This document shows positions 25,103 to 37,900 of a stretch of 64,000 nt of DNA, one piece after another. The first letter of the stretch is position 1. Each line of letters opens with the position of its first letter. The notes under the pieces were generated by a model. The model worked only from the letters and a program-made list of their open reading frames with translations. It ran no database searches and was not told where the DNA came from. The stretch is taken from NCBI GenBank assembly GCA_964016885.1, contig OZ024754.1:15934001-15998000 (forward strand), read 5' to 3'. The stretch comes from Eledone cirrhosa. Taxonomy: Eukaryota. The position numbers were made by a program, and so were the translations under genes.

Positions 25103-25945
25103 CCAACACCACCACCAACACCACCACCACCACCACCACCACCAACAACAACACCAACACCACCACCACCACCAACACCACCAACACCACCACCAACAAC
25201 AACAACAACAACACCAACACCACCACCACCACCACCAACACCACCACCAACACCACCAACACCACCACCAACAACAACAACACCAACACCACCACCACCA
25301 CCAACACCACCACCAACACCACCACCAACACCACCAACACCACCACCAACAACAACAACACCAACACCACCACCACCACCAACACCACCACCAACAACAA
25401 CAACAACACCAACACCACCAACACCACCAACACCACCAACACCACCAACACCACCACCACCAACAACAACAACACCAACACCACCACCAACACCAACACC
25501 ACCACCAACACCACCACCACCAACAACAACAACAACAACAACACCCACACCACCACCACCACCAACACCACCACCAACACCCCAACACCACCACCAACAA
25601 CAACAACAACACCAACACCACCACCAACACCACCAACAACACCACCACCAACAACAACAACAACACCAACACCACCACCACCACCAACACCAACACCACC
25701 ACCAACACCACCAACACCAACACCAACAACAACACCACCAACACCACCAACACCACCACCAACACCACCAACACCACCACCACCACCACCAACACCACCA
25801 ACACCACCACCACCAACAACAACAACACCATCAGCAGCAGCAGCAGCAGCAGTCACAGCAGTGTTTAAGTTCATTTTTGCTGCTATATTTATTTCCATGT
25901 ATGTTTGGCCAGATTTATTTCAAGCTGTCTTTACACTTTAAACCC

Positions 25946-25997
<52 letters not shown>

Positions 25998-28900
25998 TCA
26001 TCATCATCGTTTAACATCCATCTCCCATGCTAGTTTGGGTTAGATAGGTTTGTCCCATTTAGAGGCAAGTTGAGTCGGGTGACTGTGTCTCGCTCATATA
26101 GGACTGCTTCTGGCTAGATGCCCTTCCTAGCACCAAACACATTTATAGTGTGTGCTGGGTGCTTTTTACAAGACCACTATATATATATACACACACAAAC
26201 ACACGCACACACACATCTATATATATATATATATTACAAATTTTTCTGGGTGGGAAATGACGATGGGATGGGTGGTGTAGGTATCCTACTAGCTGACAAA
26301 TGGGTAGATAAGGTAATCTCAGTGAACAGGGTGAATGCAAGAATCATTAAACTCAGACTAGTCCTGAATAAAACAATTACCACAATAATATCAGCTTACG
26401 CACCCCAATCGGGGTTGCCAGACGAACTTAAAGATAGGTTTTATGAGTCCCTAATGCACACCACTGCCCTAACAAATGACAATGACTTCCTAATCATTGC
26501 AGGAGATTTTAATGGACACGTAGGTACCGTGATGGCTTCTATAGAGTCCATGGAGGCTACAGGTTTGGCACAAGAAATGAAGAAGGCTTCAGGCTTCTAT
26601 AATTCTGCGATGCCAATGACATGTCGATATGTAACACAAACTTCAAAAAATCTGACAACCATTTGTTCACCTATAGATCAGGGGAGCATTCTAGTCAGAT
26701 AGATTTTATTCTCATCAGAGGACAAGATAGATGGACGGTTGTAAACACAAAAGCCTTCCCTGGTGAGGAATGTACCTTCCAACATAACTTAGTTTTCAGC
26801 GACCTCATTGTCAGAGCTAGACGAAACTGGAGAAGAAAGATCTGGAAGCTGAACGACCCCTCACCCAGTAACAGATTTAAACATATTTTACTCGGCGCCT
26901 ATGACTGTAAAGAAGAACAGATACAGACATTCAATGTAGAAGAGCACTGGGAGTTCCTAAAAAATAACTTACTAAAGGTGACGGATGAGATCTGTGGCTG
27001 GAGTAAGACCACAGGCAGGGAGAGAGTGACTTGGTGGTGGAACAATAAGGTAGATGAGGAAGTTAAGGCCAAGAGACAGGCATGGAAAGAATGGAAGAAT
27101 GGGGGAAGCAGGGTACATTATATAGAGACCAGGAGGGAAGTTAGGCGACAAGTATACTTAGCTAGGAGGGAAGCAGAGGATAGAAAATTCAAGCATGTTT
27201 TGCAACGTAAGGACCAGCAACAGGAGGTGTTCAAGATTGCGAGGCAGTGTGTCAAAGAGAATTGTGATGTCATTGGAGAGAAGTGTATCCAGAATGATAA
27301 AGGTGAGCTTGCCCTCACAAGTGCTGAGAAGAAAGATGCGTGGAAGAGCCATTATGAAAGATTACTAAATGAGGAGAATGCATGGGAAGAAGAGACCCCA
27401 CCCCAAGTAGACCCTATAGAGGGGCCAGCAGTACAAGTCAGCAGCAGCGTAGTAAGTAAGGCAATCAAAGATATGAAGACAGGGAAGGCAACCGGTCCAT
27501 CGGGTATAGCTGCCGAGATGCTGAAGGCATCTGGGTCGGTAGGTCACACCATGACCACACGTATTGTTAACCAGGTAATACTAGAAGGTGTCATACCAAA
27601 TGATTGGTGCAGTAGCATCATTGTCAACTGCTACAAGGGTAAAGGTGATGCACTAGATAGAGGAAACTATAGAGGTATAAAGCTGATGGACCAGGTCATG
27701 AAAGTAACAGAAAGAGTTATAGCACAGTTGATTAGGGACCGGGTGAAACTAGATGAGATGCAATTTGGATTTGTGCCAGGAAGAGGCACCACTGATGCCC
27801 TCTTCCTTGTGAGGCAGTTAGAGGAAAAGTACCTAGCTAAAAGTAAGCCGCTCTACCTGGCATTCGTCGATCTTGAGAAAGCCTTTGAGAGATTTCCCCG
27901 TGCTATAATCTGGTGGGCTCTTAGAAAACTAGGAGTAGATGACTGGCTTGTGAAAGCTGTACAAGCCATGTATAGAGGAGCAGTCAACAAATTTAGGATT
28001 AGCAATGACTATAGCGAGGAATTTAGCATACAGGTCGGTGTCCACTAGGGCTCTGTTCTTAGCCCTCTCCTGTTCATCATAGTTCTGCAGGCAATAACGG
28101 AGGAGTTTAAGACCGGATGCCCATGGGAACTCCTGTATGCAGATGACCTTGCACTTATAGCTGAATCTATGGTAGAACTAGAGAAGAAATTCCAAACTTG
28201 GAAGTAGGGACTAGAAAGAAAGGGTCTCAAAGTCAACCTGACAAAGACTAAGGTCCTTGTAAGTAGACGAGAAAACAGAACCCAGATCGCCTCAGGGAAA
28301 TGGCCTTGCTCAGTATGTAGGAAAGGCGTAGGTAGGAACTCCATTCTCTGCTCCAAATGCAAACAATGGGTACACAAGAGATGTAGTGGGATCTCAGGAA
28401 GCTTAACTAAGAATGTAAGCTTCACATGTAACAGCTGTGCTGGGACAGCAAGCAGCAAACAGCCACAGGAAACAAGTACCACCAAACTCTGGGAGGGCTC
28501 TGTAGAAACAGTAGACAGATTCTGCTACCTAGGTGACCGAATTAGCAGCGGAGGTGGGTGTTCGTAAAGTACAATAACTAGCGTAAGAACGGGATGGAAG
28601 AAGTTCAGGGAACTACTGCCACTGCTAGCTGCAAAAGGCTTTTCCCGCAAAATGAAAGGCAGACTGTATGATGCGTGTATATGAACAGCAATGTTTCATG
28701 TTAGTGAGACCTGGGCGCTGTCTGTGGAAGACTTGTGTAGATTAGAAAGAAACGAAGCTTGCATGCTCCGATGGATGTGTAATAGTAATATATGCGAACG
28801 GCAAAGCATAAATAAATTGAGAGAGAGACTGAGCATAAGAGGAATCAAATGCTGTGTGCAGGAGAGACGGTTGCGTTGATATGGACATGTGATGCGTATG

Positions 28901-31900
28901 AAGGATGACACCTGCATAAAAAAGGTGCACAGCACTAGAAGTTGATGGAAACCGCGGAGTGAAGAGACCCAAGAAGACCTGGGATGAGGTGATAAAAGCC
29001 AACCTTACCCAATTACACCTCTCAAAGGCGATGACACACGACCTTGACCTCTGGCCTCACGCAGTGACAAAGAAGACTCGACCTCCCACAGGTGCAAGCT
29101 GAAGCATATAGACAATATGCCTCCACACCCTCCCACTGCAAAGTGGTCGTGGAGGTGCCACGGCAAAAAAGCACCCAGTCCACACTGTAAAGTGGACGTG
29201 TAGGCGCCACGGAAAAAAGCACCCAGCACTCACTGTAAATGAGGCTGGTGTTAGGGAGGGCATCCAGCTGTACAGATCAAGCCAAAATCAGTTCCCGTAT
29301 GAGCAAGGCATGGTCAGCCGACCGGACACTGCCCACAACAGGATAACCCATCTAACCCATGCTAGCATGGAAGAATGAACGTAAAACGGGGATGATGATG
29401 ATGATATAACTTTCACACACTACTTTCTTCATGTACCTACCTGTTTTCTTGTTATCCGAACTTTCCTGATGAAGGACTTCCATCTGAAATGTAGAACTCT
29501 CCTCCACTTCTTCCAAGCATGAACCTAATATGACTTTGTATTTTTTCATCCCTGTGTTTGTTTCATCTCTTTCATCAACTATCTCTCTATATATAAAATT
29601 CTTTGTCTTTCTGTCTGTGTGTCTGTTTCTATGCATTCTCAAATGGCTAGACCAAATCAAATCAAATTTTACAAGGTAAATATATAGTATTAGACCCTGG
29701 GAGTGTCAACATATAATTTTTATTTTCATTTGGATTAAAACAGTATAATATTTTATCTAAAATAACCTTTCTATAGTGAACTATAGTAAACCACGATGAC
29801 GACAACAATGTCACATTTTATATATGAGTGTGCATGTATCTGTCAGTGTGTGTATGTTTGCGAGTTCATTACGCATGTGTGCGTGAATGTATGTCTGTGT
29901 GTGTCTGTCTTAGTATATGTATGTGAGTGTATGTGAGAGTGTGTGAGTGTATGTGAGTGTATGTGTGTGTGAGTGTATGTGTGTGTGAGTGTATGGGTGT
30001 GTGTGTATGTGTGAGTGTATGTGTGAGTGAGTGTATGTGTGATAATTCTTATTTTCATTTGGATTAAAACAATAGAAAACAACACAACAACGTCACATTT
30101 TGTATATGCATATGTATGAGTCTGTGAGTGTCTGCACATTCATTAGATACATTATTAAGTTCACACACACACATCTACACATACATATACATATGTAGTG
30201 ACTGTCAAAAAAATGAGGTGAAAAGCTATGTGTGTGTCTGCGTGAATGTATGTCTATGTGTGTCTGTGTGAATGTATGTCTATGTGTGTCTGTCTTAGTA
30301 TATGTATGTGAGAGTGTATGTCAATGTGTGTCTGTGTTAGTATATATATGTGAGAGTGTATGTGTGTGTGTGTCTGTCTTAGTATATGTATATGAGAGTG
30401 TATGTCTGTGTGTGTCTGTCTTAGTATATGTATGTGAGAGTGTATGTCTATGTGTGTCTGTCTTAGTATATGTATATGAGAGTGTATGTCTATGTGTGTC
30501 TGTCTTAGTATATGTATGTGAGAGTGTATGTCTATGTGTGTCTGTCTTAGTATATGTATGTGAGAGTGTATGTCAATGTGTGTCTGTCTTAGTATATGTA
30601 TATGAGAGTGTATGTCTATGTGTGTCTGTCTTAGTATATGTATATGAGAGTGTATGTCTATGTGTGTCTGTCTTAGTATATGTATGTGAGAGTGTATGTC
30701 AATGTGTGTCTGTCTTAGTATATGTATATGAGAGTGTATGTCTATGTGTGTCTGTCTTAGTATATGTATATGAGAGTGTATGTCTATGTGTGTCTGTCTT
30801 AGTATATGTATGTGAGAGTGTATGTCAATGTGTGTCTGTCTTAGTATATGTATATGAGGTGTATGTCTATGTGTGTCTGTCTTAGTATATGTATATGAGA
30901 GTGTATGTCTATGTGTGTCTGTCTTAGTATATGTATGTGAGAGTGTATGTCTATGTGTGTCTGTGTTAGTATATATATGTGAGAGTGTATGTCTATGTGT
31001 GTCTGTCTTAGTATATGTATATGAGAGTGTATGTCTATGTGTGTCTGTCTTAGTATATGTATATGAGAGTGTATGTCTATGTGTGTCTGTCTTAGTATAT
31101 GTATATGAGAGTGTATGTCTATGTGTGTCTGTCTTAGTATATGTATGTGAGAGTGTATGTCTATGTGTGTCTGTGTTAGTATATATATGTGAGAGTGTAT
31201 GTCTATGTGTGTCTGTCTTAGTATATGTATATGAGAGTGTATGTCTATGTGTGTCTGTCTTAGTATATGTATGTGAGAGTGTATGTCTATGTGTGTCTGT
31301 CTTAGTATATATATGTGAGAGTGTATGTCTATGTGTGTCTGTCTTAGTATATGTATATGAGAGTGTATGTCTGTGTGTGTCTGTCTTAGTATATGTATGT
31401 GAGAGTGTATGTCTATGTGTGTCTGTGTTAGTATATATATGTGAGTGTATGTCTATGTGTGTCTGTGTTAGTATATATATGTGAGAGTGTATGTCTATGT
31501 GTGTCTGTCTTAGTATATGTATATGAGAGTGTATGTCTATGTGTGTCTGTCTTAGTATATGTATGTGAGAGTGTATGTCTATGTGTGTCTGTCTTAGTAT
31601 ATGTATATGAGAGTGTATGTCTATGTGTGTCTGTCTTAGTATATGTATGAGAGTGTATGTCAATGTGTGTCTGTCTTAGTATATGTATATGAGAGTGTAT
31701 GTCTATGTGTGTCTGTCTTAGTATATGTATATGAGAGTGTATGTCTATGTGTGTCTGTCTTAGTATATATATGTGAGATTGTATGTCTATGTGTGTCTGT
31801 GTTAGTATATATATGTGAGAGTGTATGTCTATGTGTGTCTGTCTTAGTATATGTATATGAGAGTGTATGTGTGTGTGTGTCTGTCTTAGTATATATATGT

Positions 31901-34900
31901 GAGAGTGTATGTCTATGTGTGTCTGTGTTAGTATATATATGTGAGAGTGTATGTCTATGTGTGTCTGTCTTAGTATATGTATGTGAGAGTGTATGTCTAT
32001 GTGTGTCTGTCTAAGTATATGTATGTGAGAGTGTATGTCAATGTGTGTCTGTCTTAGTATATGTATATGAGAGTGTATGTCTATGTGTGTCTGTCTTAGT
32101 ATATGTATATGAGAGTGTATGTCTATGTGTGTCTGTCTTAGTATATGTATGTGAGAGTGTATGTCAATGTGTGTCTGTCTTAGTATATGTATATGAGAGT
32201 GTATGTCTATGTGTGTCTGTCTTAGTATATGTATATGAGAGTGTATGTCTATGTGTGTCTGTCTTAGTATATGTATGTGAGAGTGTATGTCAATGTGTGT
32301 CTGTCTTAGTATATGTATATGAGAGTGTATGTCTATGTGTGTCTGTCTTAGTATATGTATATGAGAGTGTATGTCTATGTGTGTCTGTCTTAGTATATGT
32401 ATGTGAGAGTGTATGTCTATGTGTGTCTGTGTTAGTATATATATGTGAGAGTGTATGTCTATGTGTGTCTGTCTTAGTATATGTATATGAGAGTGTATGT
32501 CTATGTGTGTCTGTCTTAGTATATGTATGTGAGAGTGTATGTCTATGTGTGTCTGTCTTAGTATATATATGTGAGATTGTATGTCTATGTGTGTCTGTGT
32601 TAGTATATATATGTGAGAGTGTATGTCTATGTGTGTCTGTCTTAGTATATGTATATGAGAGTGTATGTGTGTGTGTGTCTGTCTTAGTATATATATGTGA
32701 GAGTGTATGTCTATGTGTGTCTGTGTTAGTATATATATGTGAGAGTGTATGTCTATGTGTGTCTGTCTTAGTATATGTATGTGAGAGTGTATGTCTATGT
32801 GTGTCTGTCTAAGTATATGTATGTGAGAGTGTATGTCAATGTGTGTCTGTCTTAGTATATGTATATGAGAGTGTATGTCTATGTGTGTCTGTCTTAGTAT
32901 ATGTATATGAGAGTGTATGTCTATGTGTGTCTGTCTTAGTATATGTATGTGAGAGTGTATGTCAATGTGTGTCTGTCTTAGTATATGTATATGAGAGTGT
33001 ATGTCTATGTGTGTCTGTCTTAGTATATGTATATGAGAGTGTATGTCTATGTGTGTCTGTCTTAGTATATGTATGTGAGAGTGTATGTCAATGTGTGTCT
33101 GTCTTAGTATATGTATATGAGAGTGTATGTCTATGTGTGTCTGTCTTAGTATATGTATATGAGAGTGTATGTCTATGTGTGTCTGTCTTAGTATATGTAT
33201 GTGAGAGTGTATGTCTATGTGTGTCTGTGTTAGTATATATATGTGAGAGTGTATGTCTATGTGTGTCTGTCTTAGTATATGTATATGAGAGTGTATGTCT
33301 ATGTGTGTCTGTCTTAGTATATGTATGTGAGAGTGTATGTCTATGTGTGTCTGTCTTAGTATATGTATGTGAGAGTGTATGTCTATGTGTGTCTGTGTTA
33401 GTATATATATGTGAGAGTGTATGTCTATGTGTGTCTGTCTTAGTATATGTATATGAGAGTGTATGTCTATGTGTGTCTGTCTTAGTATATGTATGTGAGA
33501 GTGTATGTCTATGTGTGTCTGTCTTAGTATATATATGTGAGAGTGTATGTCTATGTGTGTCTGTCTTAGTATATGTATATGAGAGTGTATGTCTGTGTGT
33601 GTCTGTCTTAGTATATGTATGTGAGAGTGTATGTCTATGTGTGTCTGTGTTAGTATATATATGTGAGTGTATGTCTATGTGTGTCTGTGTTAGTATATAT
33701 ATGTGAGAGTGTATGTCTATGTGTGTCTGTCTTAGTATATGTATATGAGAGTGTATGTCTATGTGTGTCTGTCTTAGTATATGTATGTGAGAGTGTATGT
33801 CTATGTGTGTCTGTCTTACTATATGTATATGAGAGTGTATGTCTATGTGTGTCTGTCTTAGTATATGTATGTGAGAGTGTATGTCAATGTGTGTCTGTCT
33901 TAGTATATGTATATGAGAGTGTATGTCTATGTGTGTCTGTCTTAGTATATGTATATGAGAGTGTATGTCTATGTGTGTCTGTCTTAGTATATATATGTGA
34001 GATTGTATGTCTATGTGTGTCTGTGTTAGTATATATATGTGAGAGTGTATGTCTATGTGTGTCTGTCTTAGTATATGTATATGAGAGTGTATGTGTGTGT
34101 GTGTCTGTCTTAGTATATATATGTGAGAGTGTATGTCTATGTGTGTCTGTGTTAGTATATATATGTGAGAGTGTATGTCTATGTGTGTCTGTCTTAGTAT
34201 ATGTATATGAGAGTGTATGTCTCTGTGTGTCTGTCTTAATATATGTATGTGAGAGTGTATGTCAATGTGTGTCTGTGTTAGTATATATATGTGAGAGTGT
34301 ATTTCTATGTGTGTCTGTCTTAGTATATGTATATGAGAGTGTATGTGTGTGTAGCAACAATTTATTCATTTGGACACCAACAAAAAATTACACAATGAAA
34401 ATATTATATTGTTTTAATCCAAAAGAAAATAAAAATTATATGTTGACACTCCCAGGTTCTAATACTATATATTTACCTTGTAAAATTTGATTTGATTTGG
34501 TCTAGCCATTTGAGAATGCATAGAAACAGACACACAGACAGAAAGACAAAGAATTTTATATATACCCTAATATGCTTCAAGATTGACAGATTTTCATTTC
34601 TAAATTCTATTATCATTACAATTTTGATATTTTTTTTTTATAAAATATAGATATTTTGAAATAATTATGAGAAAAAAAAACATAACTTCATATTTATTGT
34701 TTACTAATCTGAATAAGAACAGCAGTAACCAATGCTGGGTAATTCAGCTAGTATATATATATAAACATGAAGTATAAGTCAACAGGTTTAAATTAGCTTA
34801 TATATAGAGTAATGAAAATGCTACATGAGATATTATGTGAGATATTATGTGAAGTAAAACCTTTACCGAGAAAATACAATAGTATATATAGAGTAATGTA

Positions 34901-37900
34901 AATGTTAAAGGGTTAAAGGGGAAATACAGATGACCAGTTGGTTTAACTGGAACTCTGGATGGTGTTCGAGGTCAAGTTTAGGAGTCTGGCTTGGGATTGA
35001 GGTTGGCTTTGATTTTGTGTGTTTTCTAAATCGGTTTAAGTAATTGAGGGTCTTATTTGCATACATAATTTCAAGAGAAGAACTAATCATTAATTTGACT
35101 GTTATTAATAGATTAATTCCAGTGATGAGAACGTGATGCGTTGTTGTGAAATACTCGAATTAAATACTCACATCCAACAGGAACTTCTCAACTTGTTGAA
35201 CCAATCTGCTGCAGAAGGTAAGTTGGTCAATTGTAAAACCATTGGCTCTATTTCTCTCAGTCACTTTCACCCTTCCCCAACACATGACCCAACCATCTCA
35301 TTCCATTTCTCTTCACAACATCCATCACTGGCTCTACTCCTATCACTTCTCTAGTCACTTTCATCCTTCCCCATCACATGACCCAACCATCTCATTCCAT
35401 TTCTCTTCACAACATCCATCACTGGCTCTACTCCTATCACTTCTCTAGTCACTTTCACCCTTCCCCAACACATGACCCAACCATCTCATTCCAATTCTCT
35501 TCACAACATCCATCACTGGTTCTACTCCTATCACTTCTCTAGTCACTTTCACCCTTCCCCAACACATGACCCAACCATCTCATTCCATTTCTCTTCACAA
35601 CATCCATCACTGGCTCTACTCCTATCACTTCTCTAGTCACTTTCACCCTTCCCCAACACATGACCCAACCATCTCATTCCATTTCTCTTCACAACATCCA
35701 CCACTGGTTCTACTCCTATCACTTCTCTAGTCACTTTCACCCTTCCCCAACACATGACCCAACCATCTCATTCCAATTCTCTTCACAACATCCATCACTG
35801 GTTCTACTCCTATCACTTCTCTAGTCACTTTCACCCTTCCCCAACACATGACCCAACCATCTCATTCCATTTCTCTTCACAACATCCATCACTGGCTCTA
35901 CTCCTATCACTTCTCTAGTCACTTTCACCCTTCCCCAACACATGACCCAACCATCTCATTCCATTTCTCTTCACAACATCCACCACTGGTTCTACTCCTA
36001 TCACTTCTCTAGTCACTTTCACCCTTCCCCAACACATGACCCAACCATCTCATTCCAATTCTCTTCACAACATCCATCACTGGTTCTACTCCTATCACTT
36101 CTCTAGTCACTTTCACCCTTCCCCAACACATGACCCAACCATCTCATTCCATTTCTCTTCACAACATCCACCACTGGTTCTACTCCTATCACTTCTCTAG
36201 TCACTTTCACCCTTCCCCAACACATGACCCAACCATCTCATTCCAATTCTCTTCACAACATCCATCACTGGTTCTACTCCTATCACTTCTCTAGTCACTT
36301 TCACCCTTCCCCAACACATGACCCAACCATCTCATTCCATTTCTCTTCACAACATCCATCACTGGCTCTACTCCTATCACTTCTCTAGTCACTTTCACCC
36401 TTCCCCAACACATGACCCAACCATCTCATTCCATTTCTCTTCACAACATCCACCACTGGTTCTACTCCTATCACTTCTCTAGTCACTTTCACCCTTCCCC
36501 AACACATGACCCAACCATCTCATTCCAATTCTCTTCACAACATCCATCACTGGTTCTACTCCTATCACTTCTCTAGTCACTTTCACCCTTCCCCAACACA
36601 TGACCCAACCATCTCATTCCATTTCTCTTCACAACATCCACCACTGGTTCTACTCCTATCACTTCTCTAGTCACTTTCACCCTTCCCCAACACATGACCC
36701 AACCATCTCATTCCAATTCTCTTCACAACATCCATCACTGGCTCTACTCCTATCACTTCTCTAGTCACTTTCACCCTTCCCCAACACATGACCCAACCAT
36801 CTCATTCCATTTCTCTTCACAACATCCACCACTGGTTCTACTCCTATCACTTCTCTAGTCACTTTCACCCTTCCCCAACACATGACCCAACCATCTCATT
36901 CCATTTCTCTTCACAACATCCATCACTGGTTCTACTCCTATCACTTCTCTAGTCACTTTCACCCTTCCCCAACACATGACCCAACCATCTCATTCCATTT
37001 CTCTTCACAACATCCACCACTGGTTCTACTCCTATCACTTCTCTAGTCACTTTCACCCTTCCCCAACACATGACCCAACCATCTCATTCCATTTCTCTTC
37101 ACAACATCCATCACTGGTTCTACTCCTATCACTTCTCTAGTCACTTTCACCCTTCCCCAACACATGACCCAACCATCTCATTCCAATTCTCTTCACAACA
37201 TCCATCACTGGTTCTACTCCTATCACTTCTCTAGTCACTTTCACCCTTCCCCAACACATGACCCAACCATCTCATTCCATTTCTCTTCACAACATCCATC
37301 ACTGGTTCTACTCCTATCACTTCTCTAGTCACTTTCATCCTTCCCCATCACATGACCCAACCATCTCATTCCATTTCTCTTCACAACATCCACCACTGGT
37401 TCTACTCCTATCACTTCTCTAGTCACTTTCACCCTTCCCCAACACATGACCCAACCATCTCATTCCATTTCTCTTCACAACATCCATCACTGGCTCTACT
37501 CCTATCACTTCTCTAGTCACTTTCACCCTTCCCCAACACATGACCCAACCATCTCATTCCATTTCTCTTCACAACATCCACCACTGGTTCTACTCCTATC
37601 ACTTCTCTAGTCACTTTCACCCTTCCCCAACACATGACCCAACCATCTCATTCCAATTCTCTTCACAACATCCATCACTGGTTCTACTCCTATCACTTCT
37701 CTAGTCACTTTCACCCTTCCCCAACACATGACCCAACCATCTCATTCCATTTCTCTTCACAACATCCATCACTGGTTCTACTCCTATCACTTCTCTAGTC
37801 ACTTTCACCCTTCCCCAACACATGACCCAACCATCTCATTCCATTTCTCTTCACAACATCCACCACTGGTTCTACTCCTATCACTTCTCTAGTCACTTTC

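Noticed and set aside
23709-25898. Long poly-His/Gln/Thr/Val ORFs
   Set aside because: Translations of CAT/CAC/CAA microsatellites that are open in many frames on both strands; no splice or domain support.
30232-34490. ORFs up to 469 aa with a 14-aa period
   Set aside because: Artefact of the stop-free 42-bp unit; open on both strands and frameshifted at deleted units.
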